Source of the DNA: the human T2T-CHM13v2.0 reference genome, Homo sapiens
Assembly (NCBI RefSeq): GCF_009914755.1
Contig: NC_060926.1
Length of the DNA stretch: 64,000 nt
Reading direction: 5' to 3' (one strand)
This document shows, piece by piece, positions 12,079 through 24,677 of this stretch (position 1 is the stretch's first letter; every line of letters starts with the position of its first letter). The notes under the pieces were generated by a model, which made no database searches, had not been told where the DNA came from, and saw only the letters and a program-made list of their open reading frames with translations. Position numbers and translations under genes: made by a program.

Positions 12079-15000
12079 GAAAATAAAGTAAAGATTTTTA
12101 ATATGTGGGGTTTGAGATGATGATGAGGCTCCTGAATATCTAGGATCAGAGCTTAGGTGCATGAATGGTTGCAGAAGTGAGTCATAGAAGTGGTAACCTA
12201 ATTATATCACATAAATTTGAAAAATATCTTTTCAAGACTATTTTTAGCATGAATTTAAATGTTACTGAATCAATATGTCTTTAATTTCCAAAAGAAATAT
12301 AAAGGGTACAAATAAAATAACAACAACAAAAAACAGAATTTGGCAGTAAGTTTGTTCTTACTATGGTGTTTGTAAAAAAGTGTGTTTCAAATAGAAATGA
12401 GGTTATTGTTTGATTAACTTTTGCCAGTCTATCTCACTATTATTCTATTTTTTTCTATCTAACTTGGTAGAAATACTAAATATTATGATATGACCACATC
12501 ATGATTCTGATAAAACAGCCCTTATTCTTCTTTCCATTATTTAGTAGTTAAAGAATCACTCTGCAAATGATTCTTCTTTCTTCAAAGACCAATCTATTTT
12601 AACAAAGTTCCCTAAGATACATAATCACCTGAAAAAGTGGGGAAGAGTTTACTTGCATGATAAATTATGCTTCTTCTGTGTATTGTATTCCCAGGTTTAC
12701 TTGATAAATGGTAGAAAGGAGAAGTGCCTGCAGCCTTATGGATTAAGTAAAATGCCTAGACTTATGCCAGGCAAAAGCATCATTTCAGACTCTATCAACT
12801 GGAGATCTTTTATGGTCTTCATCTGGGATAATTACTTAAGTTATCAGTCTATCATTAATTCAAATATGAGTTTTGACTGATTTAATCAGACCATCAAATG
12901 TAACTGGAGGCTTTGCTTGAGTGTGCAGATAAAGGAAAGAAAGAAAAACATAAAGAATAAGGGATTAAATTTTATGCTGTTGTGGAACAATAATTTATTC
13001 TTGCCATACCACAACTACCATTTTCGTTTTAGGACCTACTTTTCTTATTTGGATATATACAAATAATGCAAAATAGTGAGCTTTATCAAATGAAGTATAT
13101 ATACTACACATTAAAATGTGTGTATAACCTATAAGGAATATATGATCTTAAAACTAAAGTTCCATCTAGACAAAGTGGTTTCGAGATGTCCTCTTCAGAC
13201 TATATCTTCTTAGCTTCAAGTCATCAGGAAAATGTACAGCTATTGACCTTAAATTTAACCATCTAAAATATTTAAACCATTGCAAGCTTATCTTTAAAAA
13301 TTGACAAATTAACATCCTCAAACAATATTTAATGTAAAATTATAGGCATGCAAAAATTTAGGAAAGTATTTATTTCATATGAACTTTTCCCAGGTTTTTA
13401 AAAATACTTATTGACTGGCACCTACTATGTGCTAGGCAATGTGCCAGAAAGCAGGATAAAATCATACACCTGGCACACAGCACTGACATCACCCACAAGG
13501 CATTCACTGATATTCCAGTAACAAACACAGATGACATTGAAATAAAACATTCTACTTCCAATTTTAAAAATAAATGTGGACATTTCTTATTAATAAACTT
13601 TTACCTTATCATGTGCCTCTGAATTTTGAAGTTATTACAAAATAGTCCTGGCTTTTCAAACCCTCAGGGAAAATTCCCAATTATAAAATTTCAGCTTCAT
13701 CTAAAAACGTATGTACCTTCTACTTTTATTGATTTTCCTAAAATAGTGTTTTCTCTAAATAGCATAAATGCAAATAATTTATTATTATTGCAAAGATATA
13801 CTTCATGTAAACCATGTAAGTACTTTTACATCATTGCATTGTTCTATTTCTGATTTTGATTAGTTTCAAATAAATAACTACATGAGATGAAGTGGGAGAA
13901 ATGTTAAAAATTTTGCAGAGTAAATATTATATACCAAATTGTATTACCCTCCTTACCTTCATTTTTTTTTATTTTCCCAAAATAAAGTGAGATATTCTCC
14001 TGTTACCTGGAACTAAGATGAAAAAAACTCCAACCACTTATTTGAGTCATAAATGAATTGCAAATTGATGGTTGTATATTTATTTGAAGAGTAAGAATAA
14101 TAAGCATTGTACCTTCTATAAAAATTAATACAAAAGATTATTTTTATCTGAGCATAAAAATTATGCAAGAGATAATGTTTGTGACAAATATATACCATTT
14201 GTCTAAAGTTTGATTGCGAAGAACAAGTTGAAAAATCTAATATTTGTTTAACAGTTTTTAAACTATGTTTAAATAGAAGGCAGAAGCATAATTATGTTCT
14301 CTTGTAATGCTTTTATGAATTTTATGCTCTTTATTCTGCAGCATTCTGCAAACATATTTTATGTTTAAAAAGGGGTGCTAATAAATGTGTGTGGAGAAAA
14401 TGAATAAAAATAGTTTTATTGGAGAGAATATGACTTAGGTCATGTTTCTTTTCCTCCTATCCCACTCTCTGAAATGTGGCCAAAGGCAATTCAATTTGTG
14501 TTTTATCTGAGGTGATGCACTGCTATACATCCACTCCGGGTGGTGAGAGAGCCTCAAAGGGGGTTACTGAGGCAGAATTAGATTAATCAAGTTCCCGCTC
14601 CATTCTGCCTTAAGGGAAAGATGACACCTGCTTGGGCAGCTTCAAAGTGTTGAAATCCTTTCTGCTTTCATGTGGTTATTACGCATATTCTCTGGTGGCT
14701 TGAATGAGGGGAATGCATTATAGTTTTAAACTTTGATGCCCCATTAAGATGAATATGCAACTAATGAGCTAAGAAATTACCGCTCCTACTTCCATCCGCC
14801 CCTCCTCCACTATCATGGGGAACCAGCTCATCAAGTTGGGAGAGAGTCTTCTGAGTTCTTAAACCACTGGCTATGAAATTTGGCCAAGGAGCATATTCAA
14901 ACACATGTTTAGTATATTAACAATATAAGCAATAAGTAATGCTTCAACTAATAAAGAAAGAACAGTTTGTCTTTTAATAATGAATGCAGTCCTATTATGA

Positions 15001-15485
15001 AATTTGAATATAAACAGGCACAAAACCCAGTGAACACTATTCATAAGCTAAATGTACTTAGTACTGTCAGTGTTTTGTAATTCAAGTAACTACCTTCACA
15101 TGTATGTCTCACCAAAACATAGAATATTTTGTAAAACAAGCAGTTTTTGTCACCTCACTAACACTTGAGGTCTGTTTTTTTAAAGCTGTAATGCAGCAAT
15201 TTAAGGCAGTCTGAATTTAAAATATGTCTTTGCTGCTTAGATTAGGCGATATAGGAATGAAGCAATTTCAGGGGACAATACTGGGAGCTGAAGCCAATTA
15301 TATTTCAGTGTTATTCACGGATATTCCTACCTGCCAAGTGGAGTGAGGCAAGTTGTATTCAGACTGTGATCTATGAGCATGGATATGAAACTCAACTTTC
15401 TCTTAAGGGAAATCTTCTAACAAACAGTTGACAGGGCAAAACGCTGTTAGAAAGGAACAAATAAAAAATTTAATGAAGATGATGC

Positions 15486-15775
15486 GGCCGGGCGCGGTGG
15501 CTCACGCCTGTAATCCCAGCGCTTTGGGAGGCCGAGGCGGGCGGATCACGAGCCCAGGAGATTAAGCCCATCCTGGCTAACACGGTGAAATCCCCGTCTC
15601 TACTAAAAATACAAAAAATTAGCCGGGCGTGGTGGCGAGCGCATGTAGTCCCCGCTACTCCGGAGACTCAGGCAGGAGACTGGCGTGAACCCGGGAGGCG
15701 GAGTTTGTAGTGAGCCGAGATCAAGCCACTGCACTCCAGCCTGGGCGACAGAGACAGACTCTGTCTCAAAAAAAA
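15486..15775 (+). mobile_element. AluY, CpG-rich, with a short A8 tail
   Basis: Full dimer 'ggccgggcgcggtggctcacgcc...ctgtctcaaaaaaaa'; only 'atgc' is shared by the two flanks. Confidence 0.95.
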
Positions 15776-18700
15776 CATGCAAAATTTTTAAACAGGGTAT
15801 TTTATAATTCAGCTTTTGTGTAAAGAAATCATTGAGGGAAACATGATGTAAGCACTAATCCTCATAAGAGGTAAGAGTTCTCTTACCTTGAGTCGAAGTT
15901 TTATTTTTCCTATTTCTTGACTTTTTGCATAGTTTTTTTAAAACTGCAATATATTTAGTTGGATATTACACTGTTAGCTAGAATAATGTGTATATTAAAA
16001 TACATAATACTGAAATAATTTTTTATCCATAATCATACATTTAATTCTATTCGAGTTCAAGAAATACTATTCATTGATCTCAAAGAAAATTAAAAGATAT
16101 TTGTTTAAAAAATAGTATTTAGCTTCCATGAAATATCAAAGTTACAAGTAAATTCTTAATTTAAAAGTAAGAGCTCATACTCCTTTTAGAGATAACTCAC
16201 AAAAAAATGGTATTGCTTATAGGTAGGGAAAAATTTGACGTGTTAGGTTACAAACACGAAAAAATATTGTATTCATGAAATTTTAGGGTATATATTTTCC
16301 AGGGCTTTTGGGTAATGCATAAAGGTCAGGGTTTCACAGCATAATTATAATAAAAATGTAGATGAGACCAAATCATGTCTTTCCAGTTAGAATTAATAAA
16401 TGAGTAAGAATTTGTTTCCTAAATACAAATTTTCATGATGATGTTTGCCAAACTTAAGCACTTGAAATCATCAAAAATTAATTTAGGTGTTTATTTAACC
16501 TAAATTCAGTATTTTCTAGATTTCTAAGTTTAAAATAAAAATGAATACAGAGCTTCAACTCAAACACATTTCCTATTTTTATAACTTGGAACATTTTTTA
16601 ATAAACTATGTAGAATAATGTCTCTGGAATTATGCATATTTCTATATTTAAGCTTAATGTAATTGTCCAGTTATACAATAGCCTGGTGCTTCACTGCTTA
16701 ATACAATTTTCCTCATGTATTGCTTCCTGAACATTTTATTTTTTTATTTTTAAACACTGCATTCTAGAAACATTGTGATTAAAATGCAGAGCAAATTTTT
16801 CTTCTTACTAATAATCATAAATATTTTACAATTTAGACACTACCATACTTGTTAGGAAGTTCAAAAATAAATAGATCACAATGTGATTAAGTATACGTTT
16901 TAGTCACTTAAAACATTTTTTAAAGAGGTATTTTTTTTTCTTTGAGATTTGCCTTTCATTTGTCCTTGGTTGTAATGAACTTTTTATAATAAGCTGGTGT
17001 CTTTAAACCAGTAACCATTCTATTTCATAGGAAATGAAGTATATTTGAAAATTAGAACATATAGTTTACTTTCAAAAAACCTAGAAGTAACATTTAACTT
17101 TGTTTTTATGTCCAATATGCAACACATTTTGAGTATTTATCTGTAAATGATCTTTGTTTTTTAGTTATCTTTTGTAATCATACACTGTCTATATTTGACA
17201 GAAGACATGGATATCAGTAGACATGAAGGACATGCTGATTGAAATATTAGTATGTTCAAAAGGTTTCTGACAATTCATGAATGACAGATGAATACTGAGT
17301 TATTGAGAGACAACTATGTATGTTTTAGAAAGCAATGACCCTCTTCTAAACAAGATTTTTCACTGTGTATGAATGTAGTTATTTATATTTATTTGTAAAT
17401 GCCAGAGAATATTTTCTCAATTATGAGTATTCATGCCTTTGGTCGCTAGTTGGAACAAATAGTACTCATATTATTACCATATATTCCTTCTTATAGTAAT
17501 ATGAGTACTATTGTTATTTTTGTTCTATATAAACACAGAATTTTATTCTATATAAAATAACTGCTTGTCATTTTAAATTCCTGTTCCTGTTTATAAAAAA
17601 TATGTTAACCTATATGTCATATTTGAAGAGTTCAGCACTCCTATTTTGATTCAGGAATTCCACTCCAGTCTTGGCATAGCCATTTTGTAATACATTTGTT
17701 AAAGCCATTAAGTTATATGGAAGATTTTAGAAAGCACAACCATACACCCGTATGCCTGCTCATGTCAGAGTGGTACTTAATTTTTCTAAATATTATTGAT
17801 TTAGGATGTACATAAAATTATATACCATTATGTCATATTTCAGTAATTTTTTCCTTTCATTTAAATATCACAGGAGACAAGATAGACATTGCCTTTCCTA
17901 TACTGTCTCTTTGACCAAACATTAGGAAAACACCAACCATAACCTGAAGGCAATTTATACTCTAAGCATGGAAACATTTAACTAAATTATATTTTATACA
18001 AATATATGGAAAAACCACTGTAGTCTTCAGTGCTTTGTTGTGAAAACAGGTATAAAAAGATGTTACAGATTAATGGCTTGCTTGTTTCATATCAGAGGAA
18101 AAATTTTAAAAGAACAGAATGGAAAAAATTGATCTCATATAACTGAGAAGAATGAGCTCTTTCAACTTTAAATTTGATTCATGCCTTCTTTAGTGTGTGT
18201 GTGTATTTGTGTGTTTGTGTGTTACATATCAATACATACAGGATATCTAAAATATATACATGAAAATCATTTTATTATGTGTAGAGGCAAATGAAAACAG
18301 GGAACATCAGCCATTAATATAAAAAGTTCATTATTGTTTGTGTAACGATGCAATTGTATGTTTGATATAATGGGGGGACCTGCTACAGATTATTATGTTA
18401 TTTTAATACCACCAGTGGCACTTGTTCTGCATGTATTGTCATTCAAGAAAAAAAATCATGTCCAACAAGAATTTGAATTCAGAATCTTCTAATCCTGCCT
18501 TAAGAGTGTGTTCAATTTCAGGCAGTAGCCCACATATCCAAGTTAATTTGTAATGATTCTACTAAGTGCTGACATGAAAGAAGACTTCAATGACCACCAG
18601 TGCTCTTGTTTCCCCAGTGACTCTCTACAAATCATCTCATATACCACAGCACAAGGCTAGAAGCTAAAAAAATGAATACAGCAGTAATTTCTTTTCGACA

Positions 18701-19481
18701 ATGATTTGACACCCAGCTGATGGGAGTAGCTAGCTGTATGACCTCCAGACTGTTAGCTCTGCTAAAAGAGATTCACTTGAAACACCCATGGGGTTATGGA
18801 TTCCTGCTAATAGCAGCAATAGAATGGATGATAAAAGTATAGCAGGGTAGAAATGCTTTCTCAATTAATTTTCCATCATGTTAAGGCCATTATCATTGGA
18901 TGTCATCTAGCAAAATGGGGTGATACTCTCTAGAACCTATGAAAGTTTCTCTTACTTAGAACAATGTATGGTAGGAGATAATAGCAAATCAGACTGTTAG
19001 AACTGTTCACCTTCAAATAAATCTTTTATAATATTGATCAACAAGCATTGACAACTGAACTTGGGTTAAAAGTTATGCATGTGGGAAGGGGTAGAAATGT
19101 GCATTTGAGGATGGGGTATAGATAGATATGCCTTCAATGAGGAGATTTTAAAAATTCAAATGATAAATTGTTTCTGACTAAAGCAGTAACAGAGAAGACA
19201 TATACATATAAGGCAGTAGTGTACTTGCTTATGGGTTTAGGAGGGTTCCTATTTAGGCTGCTGGCTTCTGATGAATAAATGTAAACAGAGAAGGAGTAGC
19301 CTTTAACATTAGGTCATCTCCATTGAAGATAAACTGCTTATGCAAGCAGTACTGTTCAGTTTAATACTTAAGTTCCCCAACTGTATTAAATTGCCCCCAA
19401 AATGTAGTGTAAATAAAAGGAGTTTTCTCAGTTGTAACTGGGAAAATGAGAGGTCTTATAGACAAAGTGAGGTGTGATTTT

Positions 19482-19500
19482 ATGTGTGTGTGTGTGTGTG
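19482..19500. repeat. (TG)n microsatellite
   Basis: Read directly from the sequence. Confidence 0.9.
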
Positions 19501-19561
19501 ATATATGTATGTAAAAAAGGAAGCTGATTCAGAAGCTAGGGTTAAAAGTTTAGGTTACATT

Positions 19562-19898
<337 letters not shown>

Positions 19899-20481
19899 TT
19901 AGGTTACATTACATTTTCCCAAAGTGGTATTTTTTTTTAATCTAACAAAAATGAAGTTCATTAAAATCTAAATCATAGTTTATTTCAACATCTTCAGCAT
20001 CACTTTTTATCACTATTCCTTCCTTCCATATTAACATGAGTATTTGAATACTAAAGAAAATTACATTTGTTGTTCTACATTAAGTGGTCAAACAGAACAA
20101 AGTATACCCAATCAATAAAAAATTTAAATTTCTTTATATGGGTCAAGGTTTCATTTGAGATTCAAGAAATACTTATGCCTAAAAGAGACTTTATTTAAAA
20201 AGAAGAGTCATAAAAGCAGAGTCATAAATAAAGCTCTAAAATGACTTTGAAATTATTAAAAAAAGGTAGCATTATTTGCAAATAATTTAATTCGCCTCTT
20301 ATCTACTTGATCTACTTCAAATCTTGATCCATTTTTGATTCTTTTCTTTCTCTCTTACTATATATATTTAGAATTCTTTCACATCCCTGAAGAGATTATG
20401 AAATCTGATAGCCCTCCCAAGAGATATCAATCATGATGCTACTTTGTACTTCCCCTTCTTATTCACGTTGGTATGTATACA

Positions 20482-21900
20482 TGATGGCAATGGGGCCCAT
20501 TTGGAGCAGTTGTTCTGGGGACATCAGCTGCAGCGGAGGAGGTGTAGCTGGTGCTGCATGCTCCACTGAGCTGATAAGAGCTGGGAACAGGCGGGAGTCC
20601 CGACCACTACTGAATTAATGGGATGGGAGTCCCAGGTTCCTGGGTGCAGCTGCAGCCATCCAGCCCAGGCTCCGGACCCAGGCATCCCTGTGTTCTCTGG
20701 GGCCCGGGAAGCTCCCCTGCCGCTGCAGGCTAGGAAATGCCTGCTCTGCTCCCTTGCCTCTCCCTGCTCCCAGCGCCAGCCAGCTGCTGGGCATAGCAAA
20801 GTTGTGGCTGCACCCAGCCACTGTCATAACCCAGTTGGGTGTGCACGTGCTCAGAGCAGTATAGACATGCCAGCCCACCACTGCTGCTGCCTCGGCCCAC
20901 CCCAATACTTTGGGCACTGAAAAGCACAGGAGGGAGGCCGGGGGATGGTGCTAAGTGTGGCCTGGCTTGCGCCTGCAGGTGCCCTTTGGCATGAACAGCT
21001 TGTGTGCCATGGACAGCAGGGGAGGCAGACAAATTCCTGAGTGGAAATGGATGGGTGCCTAGTAAAACTCCACCTTTAAGCCAGGGACAGTCTGAAGCCT
21101 GATGGCGGGCTGCCACTTTTGGGTGGAGTCTGCAGCCCAGAATGAGAACTTATGGTGCTTTTTGTGGGCCCGCCCATGGCCACCCATGGCCCAATCAGCA
21201 CCCACTGAGTCACCCACTTTGGGTCTCCCTGAGGGCTGTTCTGTTGCTCAATGAAGCTCCTCTCTGCCTTGCTCACCCTCCAGTTGCCTGTGTACTTCAG
21301 TCTTCCTGGACGTGGGACAAGAACTCAGGACCTGCCAAATGGCAGGACTGAAAGAGCTGTAGCACAAACAGGGTTGAAACATGCCCCCCACTCACTACCT
21401 TATGGGCAATGAGGAGAGAAGAGCTGTAGCCCTTTGGGGAGCCCAGACCTAGGAACTTCCGGAGCCAGGGCCGTGGTGCCCTCTTTGGGGTTTATGGTTC
21501 CTGGTTTCTCCAAACTTCCGGGAGCCACTGCATTCCTCTCATCCAGAAACGGGTGCCTGCTGCAGAAGCCACATGTGGTACATCTGATCCAGCTGTAGCC
21601 TCACACAGAGCCAGCACCTGTGCCGGTGCCTGAAGCTGCCCGCCTTGCCGCAGCAGCAGATGTGCCTGGCTGTGCGCAGTGACCAGACCCCACGCTTGCT
21701 CACCCACACACCCCTCACCGCTCGGCGCTTGGCTCACCCTTGGCAGGTGTGGGATCCGGGCCAGTAGCGTGAGCTGAGTGCAGCCTGCCGAGTCAAGTGG
21801 GCGAAACAAGCCCAGGGGGCCTGAGCAAAACTCTGGCAAAGGTGCCAACGGCCTCAGAGGTTTTAGGCTGGAAAAGCGACACCCTAAGGATCATGTGACA
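20482..21900 (+). mobile_element. MER52 (ERV1) solo LTR
   Basis: TG...CA termini ('tgatggcaatgggg' ... 'ggatcatgtgaca'); 4-bp TSD taca at 20478-20481 and 21901-21904; GC-rich MER52 motifs such as 'gagcaaaactctggcaaaggtgcc'. Confidence 0.9.
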
Positions 21901-22689
21901 TACACACGTTTCACTCAACTCTAGTACTTGTCATAAATATGCATGTCGGCCTGCTTTGTGCATATGCATATCACTGAATTCTAGTCCGTACTGTTATTTT
22001 AATAATTTTCCTCACTTGTTGTTAATAACAGATTAGGGACTAAATCCTTGATACCTTGTTCAGTGCTGTTTCAGTGAAACTATTGAACTCTCCCTATACT
22101 ATTGAAAACAACATGAGATATGTTAGTTCATATCTATAGCTAAAATCTGTTGTTTGTATGTTTTTACATTAAATTATATCACTATATCCCATAATTTGAT
22201 TCCTATTTTTATATAGTTAATGCATTTATTGTTTTTGTTTTCATTTGTTTTCCCAATATTTATCATCCTCATGTTAACTCCTTGCAGTAAATAGTTAAAT
22301 TTCGTCTATATGTGGTCTTAGGATACAAGGTCCAAAAGAATAGTTTTCTTTAAAAATGTGGGTATCAAAGACCTTACTGTAATTTCAGGCTCACAACATT
22401 TAGGACAATATTTTTTTGCAGGGAATTCAAAAATAGTAATAACACATAATAATAAATCTGTATTGGTTATAATTTAAATTATAGCATAAGTAGTGGTTCA
22501 GAGACCATACAAGGAACTTAGCATGTTATTGACTCTGGAAAGAGCAATGAAAACTTACCATTTAATAAAAATCTAAAGAATATGAGTGTACATGTGTGGG
22601 ATGTATATGTGTGTGTGTGTGTATAATTCTGTGTATGTGTGTGCTTATTGTGCTGTGATACCCACATAATCAAAAGAGCAAAATGACAC

Positions 22690-22835
22690 AATAATTAAGA
22701 CTGTATGGACTGGAATCAGACAACAGTGTGTTTGAATCCTATCTCTGTTATTTGTTAATTGTGAAACATTAAGCAAGCTACTTATTCTCTCCTAATTTTG
22801 GTGTAGATTATCTGTGAAAGTGAAATAATAATTCT
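22690..22835 (+). mobile_element. MIR
   Basis: 'gactggaatcagacaacagtgtgtttgaatcct...gtgaaacattaagcaagctactt...atctgtgaaagtgaaataataat'. Confidence 0.7.
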
Positions 22836-22838
22836 TAG

Positions 22839-23090
22839 TGTGATAAATCCTACATTGAATTACCCTTTCCTTCTCTGCCTAGCAGTGAAATACGCTTCCC
22901 TGATCCAGTGACTCTGGGCTTGTTGAGGCCGTGGAGTGTGACAAGACATAATTCATAGAGGCTTCAAACGTAGCTTGCATGAGTAGGATTCCTCTCATAT
23001 GCTGCCAAGATCCACTTCAAGAAGAACATATCACAGGTGTCATTGGACCAATGAGAACAGAAAAGCACTTGGAGTGGATCCAAACAATGT
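22839..23090 (+). mobile_element. Old MaLR LTR fragment (MLT1I/J-like)
   Basis: 'agaggcttcaaacgtagcttgcatgagtaggattcctctc...agaagaacat'. Confidence 0.5.
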
Positions 23091-24069
23091 TGGTGAGGAA
23101 GTTCAGGAGATTTAAAAAAATGAAGGCAAGTAAGAGAAGAAATAGGGCCTACAGCCCAGTGAGGTCTTAATTAGTATTTTTAATTCTTTCATTTGAAGGC
23201 ATAAATTTGAGTATTATTTTCTGTTCCCATGTTACCTTACATTTTATATTAACTAACTACCCCAACTTCTTTCTTTCATTCCTTCTTGACTTACTTTTCT
23301 CATTCATGGGTCCTTGAAAATTGACCAAAAAAAAAAAAATCTGTTTTGAGTTTGTTTTTTTCTCTGAGGGATTTAGTTGTTTTTCTTCTGAGAAGAATCA
23401 CATTCTCTCCTGACCATATTGACAATTATGGTAGTTTCTTTCCAAACTTTTTTTGATATTTTCTTTCTGAAACCCATATCAATTTTATTTAGTTTTCTCT
23501 TATTCTAATTAATGTGTGTTCATGTTCAGTGAAGCACAACTATCATATGCAGTAAACAATTGTCATTTTCTTCCTGCTGCTTATTTCCAAGGAGCAATTA
23601 ATATACTGTAGCTCCTCTGACACATAAAGAATATTTTGGTTTAAAAATCAATTAAAATCCTTTAATATAAAAAGTAACTTTTAAATATTGTTATGTAGGC
23701 ATTGTGGTCAAATATCAACATGAAGAAGGCAACACATTTATATCTGCATAACTGAACAAAAGCTAGAATGGCAATGTTATTCTCTAAATGCTAACATATC
23801 ATTATTTTATTTTACTTCATTTTACATAGGACCTTAATGTCAGATTTCTAATTCCATATTTTTTAATCATAAAGTTGAGAACACCAGAAAGAAAGGAAAC
23901 ATTAGATGTTTGTTTAGCATCGCATAGAACTAACACTGTCAAGCATTTGATTATGGAATTATTTTACATAATAATTATAGAATTATCTAACGTAAAATCA
24001 TGACGTTAGATACTAAAAAGTTCCCAGTAAAATACATACACACATTTTCATTGTATTTTTCATAATATT

Positions 24070-24526
24070 TATGATAGTTAATTTTATGTGTCAACTTGAT
24101 TAGCCATAAGGTGTCCAGATTAAACGTTATTTCTGGGTATATCTGTGGAAATTTTTCCAAATAGGGTTGGCATTTGAATTGGTAAAAATCGGTAAAGTAG
24201 ATTGGCCTCCCCCATGTGTAGGTGGGCACCAGCCAATTCTTTGAGAGCCTATATAGAACAAAAAGGCAGAAGAAGGCTGAATTCACTCCTTTTGCTTCCT
24301 GTCTGCTTGCTTGAGCTGGAACATCTCATCTCATCTTCTCCACACTTCAGGCTGGGATTTGCACCATAAGCTCCCCTGATTCTTTGGCTTTGGGACTCAG
24401 GTTGATTTAAACCACAGATTTCCTGAATATTCAGCTTGCAGGCTGTAGGTTGTGGTAGTTCTCAGCCTCCATAATTGCATGAGCCAATCTTTCATAAAAA
24501 TAGATTTGTTTATATCTATCTGTCTA

Positions 24527-24568
<42 letters not shown>

Positions 24569-24677
24569 AACCAGCCATCCACCCATCCATCCATCTATCC
24601 ATCCATCCATCCATCCATCCATCCATCCATCCATCCATCCTTCTGGCTCTGTTCCTCTGAAGAACACAAATATAATA
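24070..24677 (+). mobile_element. MLT2 (ERVL) solo LTR, MLT2C/D-like
   Basis: Start 'tgatagttaattttatgtgtcaacttga'; internal 'agaacaaaaaggcagaagaagg' and 'ctcagcctccataattgcatgagccaat'; end 'ggctctgttcctctgaagaac'. Confidence 0.88.
24513..24640. repeat. Compound tetranucleotide STR: (ATCT)10 followed by (CCAT)n
   Basis: ATCT x10 at 24527-24566, then an interrupted CCAT array to 24640; lies in the MLT2 simple-repeat region. Confidence 0.95.

Noticed and set aside
20433-21848. Cluster of overlapping 60-128-aa ORFs and a CpG-island-like region
   Set aside because: Explained by the GC-rich MER52 LTR, which has few stop codons.
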